A stretch of DNA of 32,000 nucleotides. Source: an uncultured bacterium. Its GTDB lineage: Bacteria; Patescibacteriota; Gracilibacteria; UBA1369; PNNO01. The position numbers were made by a program, and so were the translations under genes. The stretch's first letter is position 1. Every line of letters begins with the position of its first letter. Shown one piece after another: positions 16,923 to 25,555 of this stretch. Below the pieces are notes generated by a model. The model had not been told where the DNA came from and made no database searches. It saw only the letters and a list, made by a program, of their open reading frames with translations. Location of the stretch: contig OY969931.1 in the NCBI GenBank assembly GCA_963704705.1, positions 1,080,001-1,112,000 on the forward strand, read 5' to 3'.

Positions 16923-16954
16923 CCCGTCTGCAAGTGCAGGCGGGTCGCTTTTTT
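16923..16954 (+). terminator. Canonical intrinsic terminator closing island 2; abuts the stop of the convergent ATPase gene
   Basis: 9-bp stem cccgtctgc / gcaggcggg (16923-31 / 16936-44, one G-U pair) with tetraloop aagt, followed by tcgcTTTTTT (to 16954). Confidence 0.75.
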
Positions 16955-19745
16955 AAATATTTTTTGCAATTTTTTGAGCTGCAAGAATCATTCTTTTTCT
17001 GCCTTTTTTTATTTCAGTTATTCCCAAATAAATAAACCCGGCCATAAATGCAAATATCCAATCAATTAAAGTAAGCGGGCCTGTGTGAAGGAAATGTGAA
17101 ATATATGGATTATATGTGATATTCAACAGGAATATAAATGAAATTAAATACCCTATTAAAAGTCGTTTGTTTGACCATAAATAAGCGGTTGCGATGCTCT
17201 TATTTTCTGCTGTTCTGCGGGCTAAAATATTAAACCACTGAATAAGTACAATCGATAAATAAGTAATTGTTGTGGCTCTTAAATAAACAAGATCATTAGT
17301 CTGAACAGTTACAGGTGAAACACCTTCTCTAAAAAACACTAGTAAGAAATTGCCAAATGCTAAAGTCCCCATTATCAAACCGCTCCATGCAATATCTAAA
17401 AGATTTTTTTTGTTTAATATATGTTCATTTGGATTTCTTGGAGGCGACTTCATAAGCTCTTTATCAGGCGGATCCCAGGTTAAAAATGTTAATGGAAGCA
17501 TCTCGCCCACAAGATCGATAGCAAGAATCTGAACAGCAAGGATAGCCAGCGGATATCCGAGAAGGCCCGTTAATACAAGGCTCAGTAAAACCGCAAAAAG
17601 CTCGCCGCCATTTGAAGTAAGCGATGACATTATTGTTTTTGTAAGATTCCTAAAAATAGTTCTTCCTTCTTCAACTGCTATTACGAGTGTAGCAAAACTG
17701 TCATCAAGCAAAATTATTTCAGCTGAATTTTTTGCAACATCAGTACCGGTTCTGCCCATAGCAACACCTATGTCAGCTTTTTTCAAAGCCGGCGCATCAT
17801 TTACACCATCGCCCGTAACAGCAACTATTTCACCTGCTCGTTTTAAAAGCCCGACAATTCTAAGCTTATCTTCTGGTGAAGTGCGCGCGAAAATTAAATT
17901 GCTGTGAATCAAATTATGAATAAGTTCAATATCTGAAAATTTATGTAGCTCTTTACTTGTTATTACTGTTATTGCTTTATCTTTGGTCCCCTTACCCATG
18001 CCTATTTTCCTTGCTATTGCTTCAGCTGTAAGAGCGTAATCACCGGTAATTATAATAATCCTTATAAATGATTTAAGAGCCATATCAACAGCCTCCTGAA
18101 CTTCTTCACGCGGCGGATCAATCATTGAAATCAGACCAAGCCAGATAAGATTATTTTCTACTTCTTCAATTCCAATGTTTTCTTTGTAATCAAGTAACTC
18201 TTTATATGCGTAGCCAAGATTACGCATTGCAAGCATAGCGTTTTCATCATCCTTATGTTTAATAAGTTCTTTATCTTCATTTGTGATTGGTCGAATATTT
18301 TGGCCATCCCAAATATGTGTACATTTTTCAATAAGAGCCTGCGGAGAACCTTTAACGTAAGCGATATGTTTGCCATCTTTATTTCTTATTGAAGACATTA
18401 ATTTTCTACCGGCATCAAAAGTGAATTCAATTATTTCAGGATATTTTTCTTCAAGCTTTTGCTGATTCACTCCTGCTTTTGCAGCAAGAGTTATTAACGC
18501 TGCTTCAGTTGGGTCGCCTATCGCATACCAGTCCGGATGTTCTTTGTCAGGTTCGCTTATATGTGCATTTGAAGCAAAAACACCTGTTTCAAAAAACAAT
18601 CTAAAATTACTAATTTCCTCTTCTGACAAAGGAGTATTGTTCTCTTTCATTAACTGGCCTTCGGTTTTATATCCAATTCCCGTTACATTGATTTCCTTTC
18701 CACCAATAAACAGCTTTTGCACAGTCATTTCGTTTTTGGTGAGAGTGCCTGTTTTATCGGTACAGATAATATGAGTTGAACCTAAAGTTTCAACTGCTGA
18801 AAGCTTTTTAATTATTGCCTTTTCTTTTGCGAGTCTGCCTGCTGCCAGCGACAGAGCTATAGAAACCTGCGCTGGTAATCCTTCAGGAACACATGACGCG
18901 GCAACTCCCAAAGCAAACAAAAAGGCTTCACGTAGGGTAAAATGCAATACGAGCCCTACAACAAAAAGTATAATACCGATAGCAATCGTTACAAATGTAA
19001 GATTTTTTGCCAGATTGTTTAATTCTTTTTGAAGCGGAGAAAGATCATCTTCGGTTTGCTGACTTAAATTCGCAATTCTGCCAATTTCAGTATTCATACC
19101 TGTAGCAACAACAACTCCTTTTGCATTACCTGTTGCAACAGTGGTTCCCATAAAAGATATATTGTTTCTGTCTCCGAGCCCTACCTGAATTGAAATAGGA
19201 TGTGTAAATTTTTTAACTGGATTTGATTCACCGGTTAATGAAAAGTCATTTGTATAATAATTATGCTCCTCTATAAGACGTACATCTGCAGGAATTGCAT
19301 CCCCTTCTTCCAGTAAAAGAATATCTCCGGGAACAACATCTTCACCATTAATTTCCATCTCGTGGCCATCGCGCACTACTTTTGCTTTGCTTGAAACCAT
19401 TGTTTTAAGCGCGTCCATTGTTTTTTCAGCTTTATATTCCTGAGCAAATCCAATAACAGCATTAATAAACACTATGGAAAACATAATTACAGTATCCCTA
19501 TATTCATTTAAATATAATGAAATAAAACCGGCCACAATCAAAATTATCACCATTAAGTCTTTAAACTGATGGAGAATTTTAAAAAGCAAAGGTTCCTTAT
19601 GTTTAATTGTAAGTTTATTTTGCCCGTAAATATTAATGCGTTCCTTAAATTCAGAGTCGCTCAAACCTTTTACGTTTGTTTCAAGATTTTTCACAACTTC
19701 ATCAATCGTATACTGATAGTAATTTATTCTGTTTTTAACTGGCAT
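16953..19745 (-). CDS. P-type cation-transporting ATPase (P2-type, Ca2+/Mg2+-ATPase-like)
   Basis: 930 aa. Phosphorylation motif ICTDKTGTLT, TGES actuator motif (LTGESNP), hinge motif TGDGVNDAPALKKADIG and PEGLP in TM4, which is typical of P2 ATPases. Ion specificity is inferred only. Confidence 0.85.
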   Translation of the reverse strand: MPVKNRINYYQYTIDEVVKNLETNVKGLSDSEFKERINIYGQNKLTIKHKEPLLFKILHQFKDLMVIILIVAGFISLYLNEYRDTVIMFSIVFINAVIGFAQEYKAEKTMDALKTMVSSKAKVVRDGHEMEINGEDVVPGDILLLEEGDAIPADVRLIEEHNYYTNDFSLTGESNPVKKFTHPISIQVGLGDRNNISFMGTTVATGNAKGVVVATGMNTEIGRIANLSQQTEDDLSPLQKELNNLAKNLTFVTIAIGIILFVVGLVLHFTLREAFLFALGVAASCVPEGLPAQVSIALSLAAGRLAKEKAIIKKLSAVETLGSTHIICTDKTGTLTKNEMTVQKLFIGGKEINVTGIGYKTEGQLMKENNTPLSEEEISNFRLFFETGVFASNAHISEPDKEHPDWYAIGDPTEAALITLAAKAGVNQQKLEEKYPEIIEFTFDAGRKLMSSIRNKDGKHIAYVKGSPQALIEKCTHIWDGQNIRPITNEDKELIKHKDDENAMLAMRNLGYAYKELLDYKENIGIEEVENNLIWLGLISMIDPPREEVQEAVDMALKSFIRIIIITGDYALTAEAIARKIGMGKGTKDKAITVITSKELHKFSDIELIHNLIHSNLIFARTSPEDKLRIVGLLKRAGEIVAVTGDGVNDAPALKKADIGVAMGRTGTDVAKNSAEIILLDDSFATLVIAVEEGRTIFRNLTKTIMSSLTSNGGELFAVLLSLVLTGLLGYPLAILAVQILAIDLVGEMLPLTFLTWDPPDKELMKSPPRNPNEHILNKKNLLDIAWSGLIMGTLAFGNFLLVFFREGVSPVTVQTNDLVYLRATTITYLSIVLIQWFNILARRTAENKSIATAYLWSNKRLLIGYLISFIFLLNITYNPYISHFLHTGPLTLIDWIFAFMAGFIYLGITEIKKGRKRMILAAQKIAKNI

Positions 19746-19791
19746 ATTTTTATTTTAAATATCTTGATATTTTACCATAAAAATCAAAATC

Positions 19792-19831
19792 TTGCCAATT
19801 TGGATTAGCACTGTATAATACTTAGTGCTAA
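19792..19831 (+). promoter_or_regulatory. hrcA promoter with embedded CIRCE operator
   Basis: TTGCCA (19792-97), a 16-nt spacer and TATAAT (19814-19). CIRCE-like inverted repeat TTAGCACTG-N9-TAGTGCTAA (19805-19831), compared with the consensus TTAGCACTC-N9-GAGTGCTAA. The -10 hexamer lies in the CIRCE spacer. Confidence 0.8.
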
Positions 19832-19847
19832 TTCTTACTGGAACCTT

Positions 19848-20558
19848 ATGGACAGAAAACAAAAAATTTTAAGCGCAATAGTTAAGCATTTTATTCAGAC
19901 TGCTGAGCCTGTTGGCAGTAAAACTATTTTAGTTAGTTACAGGTTTAATGTAAGTCCGGCAACAATAAGAAACGACATGGCTAATCTTGAAAAAGAAGGG
20001 CTAATTTATCAACCCCATACTTCTGCCGGCCGAATTCCAACTGACGAAGGTTACAGACTTTACGTTGATGAAATCGCGGACTATAAAGAAGCAAAAAAGA
20101 AAGCTCTTTTAAAATTAAATATGATTAGAGAAGAATATCAGGTTCAGAAAGTTAAGGAACAAATTTATGATGTTGTTAACTTGATTGCCCGAGCTAGTGA
20201 AAATGTAAGTTTTGCAACAACTCCTGATAATGACAGGACTTTTTACTTGGGAATTGCAAATGCTTTAAGGCAACCTGAATTCGCCAGTCAAAGCATTAAT
20301 GCGAGTCAGGTTATCGAGGTTTTGGAACGTGATGATTATTTCAGACGTCTTCTTGAAGAACTTGAAACCGATGATTCAATCAAAACTTTTATAGGAAAAG
20401 AAAATATTCTTGAACAAATCCAAAGTTGTAGTTTAATGGTTACAACTTATGAAAAAGACGGATTTAAAGGTTATATGGGAATTCTGGGACCCACCAGAAT
20501 GAACTATCCTTTTAATAAAGCGGTGTTGGAAGAGGTTAAAACTTTATTTAAAAAATAA
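19848..20558 (+). CDS. hrcA: Heat-inducible transcription repressor HrcA (short form, 236 aa)
   Basis: N-terminal winged-helix segment [21 protein letters not shown]...[39 protein letters not shown]. Sits upstream of grpE-dnaK with CIRCE operators. Confidence 0.85.
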   Translation: MDRKQKILSAIVKHFIQTAEPVGSKTILVSYRFNVSPATIRNDMANLEKEGLIYQPHTSAGRIPTDEGYRLYVDEIADYKEAKKKALLKLNMIREEYQVQKVKEQIYDVVNLIARASENVSFATTPDNDRTFYLGIANALRQPEFASQSINASQVIEVLERDDYFRRLLEELETDDSIKTFIGKENILEQIQSCSLMVTTYEKDGFKGYMGILGPTRMNYPFNKAVLEEVKTLFKK

Positions 20559-20569
20559 CTTATTTAGAA

Positions 20570-21055
20570 ATGAATGATGACAAACAAAATCCTGAATTAC
20601 TAAAATTAACAACAGAACTGGAACAGGCAGAGGCAAAAATTGACGAATTAACAGATACTGCACAAAGAGCAATAGCAGAGCTTAAAAATTCCAAAAGACG
20701 TATGGAAGAAGAAAAAGACAGGTTTGCAAAATTCGCATGCGCAAATGTTTTTTTGGAAATCCTTCCTGTTTTTGACAGTTTTGAAAGAGCATCACAAAAC
20801 CTCCCTGAAGAACTTGTGGAAAATGAGTGGGTAAAAGGTATTAAATCGATTGTTAAACAATTCGAACAAATAATGGAAAGGTTCAATATCAAAAAAATGA
20901 AGACAATTGGAGAAAAATTCGATCCCAATCTTCATGAAGCAGTAGCAAGCGGCCCAGGTGAAAAAGATATAATAACTGAAGAATTTGAAGGCGGATATAT
21001 GATTGAAGATAGCGCTTTAAAACACGCAAAAGTTAAAGTCGGAGATGGAAGTTAA
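20570..21055 (+). CDS. grpE: Nucleotide exchange factor GrpE
   Basis: 161 aa with an N-terminal coiled coil and a C-terminal GrpE beta-domain (FDPNLHEAV...GYMIEDSALKHAKVKV). Canonical position between hrcA and dnaK. Confidence 0.85.
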   Translation: MNDDKQNPELLKLTTELEQAEAKIDELTDTAQRAIAELKNSKRRMEEEKDRFAKFACANVFLEILPVFDSFERASQNLPEELVENEWVKGIKSIVKQFEQIMERFNIKKMKTIGEKFDPNLHEAVASGPGEKDIITEEFEGGYMIEDSALKHAKVKVGDGS

Positions 21056-21063
21056 AAAACTTC

Positions 21064-21104
21064 TTGACCTGAATAATTTAGCACTCTATAATAGAGAGTG
21101 CTAA
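21064..21104 (+). promoter_or_regulatory. dnaK promoter with perfect CIRCE operator
   Basis: TTGACC (21064-69), a 17-nt spacer and TATAAT (21087-92). Perfect CIRCE TTAGCACTC-tataataga-GAGTGCTAA (21078-21104). Confidence 0.9.
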
Positions 21105-21136
21105 TCTCTAAAAATTTAAAATTAACCAAATTTAAA

Positions 21137-23059
21137 ATGAGTAAAATATTAGGAATCGATCTAGGTACAACAAACTGTTGTATGGCAATAATGGAGGGCG
21201 GAGAGCCTACTGTTATTTCAAACGCGGAAGGAAATCGCACTACACCTTCAATGGTTGCTGTTAAAGACGGAGAACGTCTCGTTGGGGTTGCAGCAAAAAG
21301 GCAATCCGTAACAAATGGTGAAAATACAATTTTTTCTGCTAAGCGTTTTATAGGGCACACATACGATGAAGCAAAAAAAGATATTGAAAGAATGCCTTTT
21401 AAATGTGCTAAAGGAAAATCAGGAGAAGTTGAAATGGTTCTTGACGGAAAACAAAGAAGACCAGCTGAAATCGCGGCAATGATTCTTCAGAAATTAAAAG
21501 CGGATGCTGAAAAATATACAGGAGAAACTATTACAAAAGCAGTAATCACTGTACCTGCCTACTTCAATGATTCTCAGCGTCAGGCAACAAAAGACGCAGG
21601 TAAAATCGCTGGACTTGAAGTTGAAAGAATCATAAATGAACCAACTGCTGCTGCACTTGCTTATGGAATGGATAAAAAAGGTGCTGATAAAAAAGTGGCT
21701 GTTTATGATTTGGGGGGAGGAACTTTTGATATCTCAATTCTTGAAATTGCTGATGTTGAAGGAGAAAAACAATTTGAAGTTTTAAGTACAAACGGAAACA
21801 CACAATTGGGTGGTGATGATTTTGACCAGAAGATTATTGACTGGCTTGTTGATGAATTTAAAAAAGATCAGGGCGTTGATTTAAGTAAAGATAAAATCGC
21901 ATTACAACGTCTTAAAGATGCAGCTGAAAAAGCTAAAATTGAGCTTTCATCTCAACACGAAACAGAAGTTAACATTCCGTTTATTACTTCTGATTCAAGT
22001 GGCCCAAAACACTTAAACTTAAAGTTAAGCCGCGCTAAAATGGAAGATTTGTTTGCTGATTTAATTGAAGCAACTACTGATCCATGCAGAAAAGCAATGG
22101 ACGATGCAAAAACTTATGCATCAGATATTGATGAAGTAATTTTGGTTGGTGGAATGACTCGTATGCCTGCTGTTCAGGAAAAAGTTAAAGAAATATTCGG
22201 TAAGGAACCTCATCAGGGGTTAAATCCGGATGAAGTTGTTGCACTTGGTGCAGCACTTCAGGGTGGAGTTTTACAGGGAGATGTAAAAGATATTCTGCTT
22301 CTTGATGTTACTCCGCTTACTCTTTCAATTGAAACTTTGGGTGGTGTTTCAACTCCAATGATTGAACGAAACACAACAATCCCAACAAGCAAATCTCAGG
22401 TTTATTCTACTGCTGCTGATAATCAAACTAGTGTTGAGGTTCATATTATGCAGGGTGAAAGACCTATGGCTGCTGACAATAAGTCTCTTGGAAGATTTAT
22501 TCTGGATGGTATTCCGCCAGCGCCAAGAGGTGTGCCCCAAATTGAAGTTACGTTTGATATTGATGCAAACGGAATTTTAAATGTTAAAGCTCTTGATAAG
22601 GCTACAAGTAAAGAACAACATATTACAATCAGCGGAAGCTCAAATATAAGTGATGATGAAATCGAAAAAATGAGAAAAGAAGCCGAGGCTCATGCTGAAG
22701 AAGACAAGAAAAAGAAAGAAGGAATCGAAGTAAGAAATAAAGCTGAATCATTGGTACTTCAAAGTGAAAAAACACTTAAAGATGCAGGTGATAAAGTTGG
22801 CGATGACATTAAAAAACCGGTTCAGGAAAAAATAGATGAACTTAAGAAAATTCTTGAAAATAAGGAAGCTTCAAACGATGAAATCCAGAAAGGCTACGAT
22901 GGTTTAAGTGAAGAAATTCAAAAGGTCGGAGCACAAATGTATCAACAGGCTGCTCCTCAGGAAGAAGACGGTGTGAAAGTAAAAGAAAATGTAAATGAAG
23001 AAGCACCAAAGGAAGAAGAAGCTGTTGAAGGCGAAGTTGTAGATGAAAAAAATGAATAA
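21137..23059 (+). CDS. dnaK: Molecular chaperone DnaK (Hsp70)
   Basis: [25 protein letters not shown] and [11 protein letters not shown] motifs. The track start at 21098 is an alternative-start artefact lying inside CIRCE; the ATG at 21137 gives the canonical N-terminus. Confidence 0.97.
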   Translation: MSKILGIDLGTTNCCMAIMEGGEPTVISNAEGNRTTPSMVAVKDGERLVGVAAKRQSVTNGENTIFSAKRFIGHTYDEAKKDIERMPFKCAKGKSGEVEMVLDGKQRRPAEIAAMILQKLKADAEKYTGETITKAVITVPAYFNDSQRQATKDAGKIAGLEVERIINEPTAAALAYGMDKKGADKKVAVYDLGGGTFDISILEIADVEGEKQFEVLSTNGNTQLGGDDFDQKIIDWLVDEFKKDQGVDLSKDKIALQRLKDAAEKAKIELSSQHETEVNIPFITSDSSGPKHLNLKLSRAKMEDLFADLIEATTDPCRKAMDDAKTYASDIDEVILVGGMTRMPAVQEKVKEIFGKEPHQGLNPDEVVALGAALQGGVLQGDVKDILLLDVTPLTLSIETLGGVSTPMIERNTTIPTSKSQVYSTAADNQTSVEVHIMQGERPMAADNKSLGRFILDGIPPAPRGVPQIEVTFDIDANGILNVKALDKATSKEQHITISGSSNISDDEIEKMRKEAEAHAEEDKKKKEGIEVRNKAESLVLQSEKTLKDAGDKVGDDIKKPVQEKIDELKKILENKEASNDEIQKGYDGLSEEIQKVGAQMYQQAAPQEEDGVKVKENVNEEAPKEEEAVEGEVVDEKNE

Positions 23060-23086
23060 TATTGTGCATTAAATTCAAATTCGCGT

Positions 23087-23114
23087 TTGACATAGTATCT
23101 AATTTTGATACAAT
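23087..23114 (+). promoter_or_regulatory. Sigma-70-like promoter for ORF 23149 (TTGACA-N16-TACAAT, TGn extended -10)
   Basis: TTGACA at 23087-92, a 16-nt spacer and TACAAT at 23109-14, preceded by TGA at 23106-08. Confidence 0.5.
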
Positions 23115-23148
23115 TTATTTTAGTGTGAAAACTTCTACTAAATAATTT

Positions 23149-23634
23149 ATGGAATTTGAAAGAATAGGACAAACTCGCATAAATCCTTCATTAAATGAAG
23201 AGGCGCTTCCAATTCTCTGTATGTCGTGGGAAGAATTTTGTCAAATTCCTTTTACAGAACTTAATCGAATTTTTTGTTTAAATTTTCCTGAAAATTCAAA
23301 TGGAGAATTTCATGAAATTTTATTTAAAGAACTAAAAAATGTGGTTATCAAAGATATGATGGATTTACCAATGGAACTTATTTTGAAAAGCGATGGATTG
23401 ATGATAAGAATTTGCAGCAAACATGCAGATCAATTTGATAAAGCTATCGAATTGGCTGAAAAATTGTTCTTACCAAAAGACAGAATCACCCATAGTCTCT
23501 GTCATGTATGTGCTATTGCAGAACGAAAAAGAGCCAGTGGAAAACTTGCAGAAAGAAAAAAAAGCACACGAGATGATATTGCATGTTTAAGCTTACCCAT
23601 AAGTGAAATTCCAGCAGTTGAAACGAAACATTAA
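23149..23634 (+). CDS. Hypothetical protein (161 aa)
   Basis: ATG ORF with native composition and a putative promoter. It has a basic C-terminal segment (ERKRASGKLAERKKSTRDD). I recognise no family. Confidence 0.5.
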   Translation: MEFERIGQTRINPSLNEEALPILCMSWEEFCQIPFTELNRIFCLNFPENSNGEFHEILFKELKNVVIKDMMDLPMELILKSDGLMIRICSKHADQFDKAIELAEKLFLPKDRITHSLCHVCAIAERKRASGKLAERKKSTRDDIACLSLPISEIPAVETKH

Positions 23635-23643
23635 AATAATTTT

Positions 23644-24123
23644 ATGCAACATTCAATTAAAGTTGGACTCAGCTTTGGACTTGCCTCGGGAGTAATAACA
23701 ACCATTGGTTTAATGGTTGGTTTAAATGCGGGGACTGCTTCAAAAATGGTTGTTTTGGGCGGAATTTTGACAATAGCAATCGCAGATTCAATGAGTGACG
23801 CAATGGGCATTCACATGTCGGAAGAATCGGAAAATGTGCACACAACAAAACAGATTTGGACCTCAACTATTACTACATTTTTAGCCAAATTAATAATTGC
23901 TTTAACTTTTGCTGTTCCGGTTTTACTATTCGAACTTCAAACAGCAATAGTAGTAAGCATTATTTGGGGACTTAGTTTGGTTATTGTTTCAACTTATTTT
24001 TCAGCAAAAAAACAAAAAACAGGAGCGCTCGGGCCAATTATAGAACATTTTATTGTCGTAATTTTAGTTATTCTGGCAACAAATTTTGTTGGCGGAGCAA
24101 TTGCCGGCCTCTTTTCATCATAA
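23644..24123 (+). CDS. VIT1/CCC1-family-like membrane protein (putative Fe/Mn transporter, short form)
   Basis: 159 aa, polytopic. The N-terminal GLSFGLASGVITTIGLMVGL and the acidic loop MSEESE resemble the PF01988 membrane domain. This is recognised from memory of family patterns, not by a search. Confidence 0.5.
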   Translation: MQHSIKVGLSFGLASGVITTIGLMVGLNAGTASKMVVLGGILTIAIADSMSDAMGIHMSEESENVHTTKQIWTSTITTFLAKLIIALTFAVPVLLFELQTAIVVSIIWGLSLVIVSTYFSAKKQKTGALGPIIEHFIVVILVILATNFVGGAIAGLFSS

Positions 24124-24436
24124 TCTCTCTAAATAAAATAATTCCCTGGTTTTTAATCGTATCTGCGATTTCAATTCGTCTAACAACATCAACTAAAATA
24201 AATTCCTCTGCGGTCTTTATATAAATTCTAAATGAATTTGAAGTTGTTTTAACAACCTGTACATTTAAATTAAGATCTTCGTTCCTAAAAGATAAATAAG
24301 AATCTTCGTCAATTATTTGTATATATCCCAAAGGCGCAAGAAAATCTGCAATTGTAATTTTCATCTCCGCATCAGAAATATTTTTAAAAAATTCTTCTGC
24401 TTCCAATGTAGCCGGATCTGCCGGTAAAAGTTCCAT
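24068..24436 (-). CDS. Hypothetical protein (122 aa)
   Basis: ATG ORF convergent with the preceding gene, with 56 nt of 3' overlap. No motifs recognised. Confidence 0.4.
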   Translation of the reverse strand: MELLPADPATLEAEEFFKNISDAEMKITIADFLAPLGYIQIIDEDSYLSFRNEDLNLNVQVVKTTSNSFRIYIKTAEEFILVDVVRRIEIADTIKNQGIILFREIMMKRGRQLLRQQNLLPE

Positions 24437-24484
24437 ATTATAAAATTAAATTTTGGAGACAATATTAATTCAATGTTAATATGA

Positions 24485-25531
24485 ATGCAAGTTATAATCC
24501 CAATCATAATGGCAAAAGTTCAAAATGCATTTAAATACACATTATTAGTTGTTTTTACTTTCTTATTTTTATTAATTATCTGGCCGTTTTTGCCTGCAAT
24601 CGTTTTTGCGGTTATTTTTGCAATTGTATTTACACCGATGTTTAATTTTTTAAGTAAAAAACCCAAGTGGAATAAAAGCTTGTCTGCAATCATTGTACTT
24701 TTATTAACAATGATTTTCATAATGACGCCAATCCTTTTATTAATGGGCCTTATAACCAAAGAAACCATTTATTTCGTACAGACATTTGATCAGCAGGGAT
24801 TTATTAATTTTATAATGAATCATTCTGTTATTGAAATCTTTAAATACAAACTGGATTTAACATTGTATGCATCCGGATTTGTTGACCTACTTAAAAATGC
24901 AGGACAAATAATGGGTCAAAACATTTTAGCGGTTGGTGGTAATATACTAAGAATGTTATTCTTATTTTTTGTTTTCTTGTTCACTTATTTTTTCTTTTTA
25001 AGAGACGGAAATATTTTAGTAAGAAAATGCCGCGAACTTTTACCCTTCACACATAAACAAAACAAAGAACTGTTTGAGAAATTTTATATTACTTCAAAAA
25101 CAGTTTTCATTGGATATTTAATAGCAGCCTTATTGTCCGGCATTGCAGCTTACGTTGCTTTTACATTATTCGGAATTCCGGGTGCTGTAATCTGGGGATT
25201 ATTAGCGGGATTATTATCATTGGTTCCTACGATAGGAACCATTGTAGTTTATTTGATTGGAACAATAATTGCTGGACTTACTTTTGGTATTTGGGGAGTT
25301 TTAGGATTCATTGTTTATTATATTGCGGTTGAAGCAATCGGACTTCAGGCTGTTATAAGGCCAAAAATGGTTGATGAAAAAATCTCAATGCATCCAATTC
25401 TGGTTTTCTTTTCCCTAATTGGAGGAATAACTACATTCGGAACAATAGGAATAATATACGGACCAATAATTATGGTGATGTTCGTAAGTATTTTTGATTT
25501 TATAGTTGGAACAAAGCATGCTATAAAATAA
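24485..25531 (+). CDS. AI-2E family transporter (PerM/UPF0118)
   Basis: 348-aa polytopic membrane protein. Its size, topology and the GLLAGLLSLVPTIGTIVVY segment are typical of PF01594. Confidence 0.7.
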   Translation: MQVIIPIIMAKVQNAFKYTLLVVFTFLFLLIIWPFLPAIVFAVIFAIVFTPMFNFLSKKPKWNKSLSAIIVLLLTMIFIMTPILLLMGLITKETIYFVQTFDQQGFINFIMNHSVIEIFKYKLDLTLYASGFVDLLKNAGQIMGQNILAVGGNILRMLFLFFVFLFTYFFFLRDGNILVRKCRELLPFTHKQNKELFEKFYITSKTVFIGYLIAALLSGIAAYVAFTLFGIPGAVIWGLLAGLLSLVPTIGTIVVYLIGTIIAGLTFGIWGVLGFIVYYIAVEAIGLQAVIRPKMVDEKISMHPILVFFSLIGGITTFGTIGIIYGPIIMVMFVSIFDFIVGTKHAIK

Positions 25532-25555
25532 TAGTTCTTTAATAATAATAAAAAA

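Noticed and set aside
16738-17069. Track ORFs 16738..16956 and 16887..17069, which overlap the foreign ORF and its terminator.
   Set aside because: They are out-of-frame products of GC-rich DNA with Arg/Gly/Pro/Ser-rich, low-complexity sequence. They run through the terminator hairpin and into the antisense strand of the ATPase gene, and they lack the GC3 bias seen in the 16496 frame.
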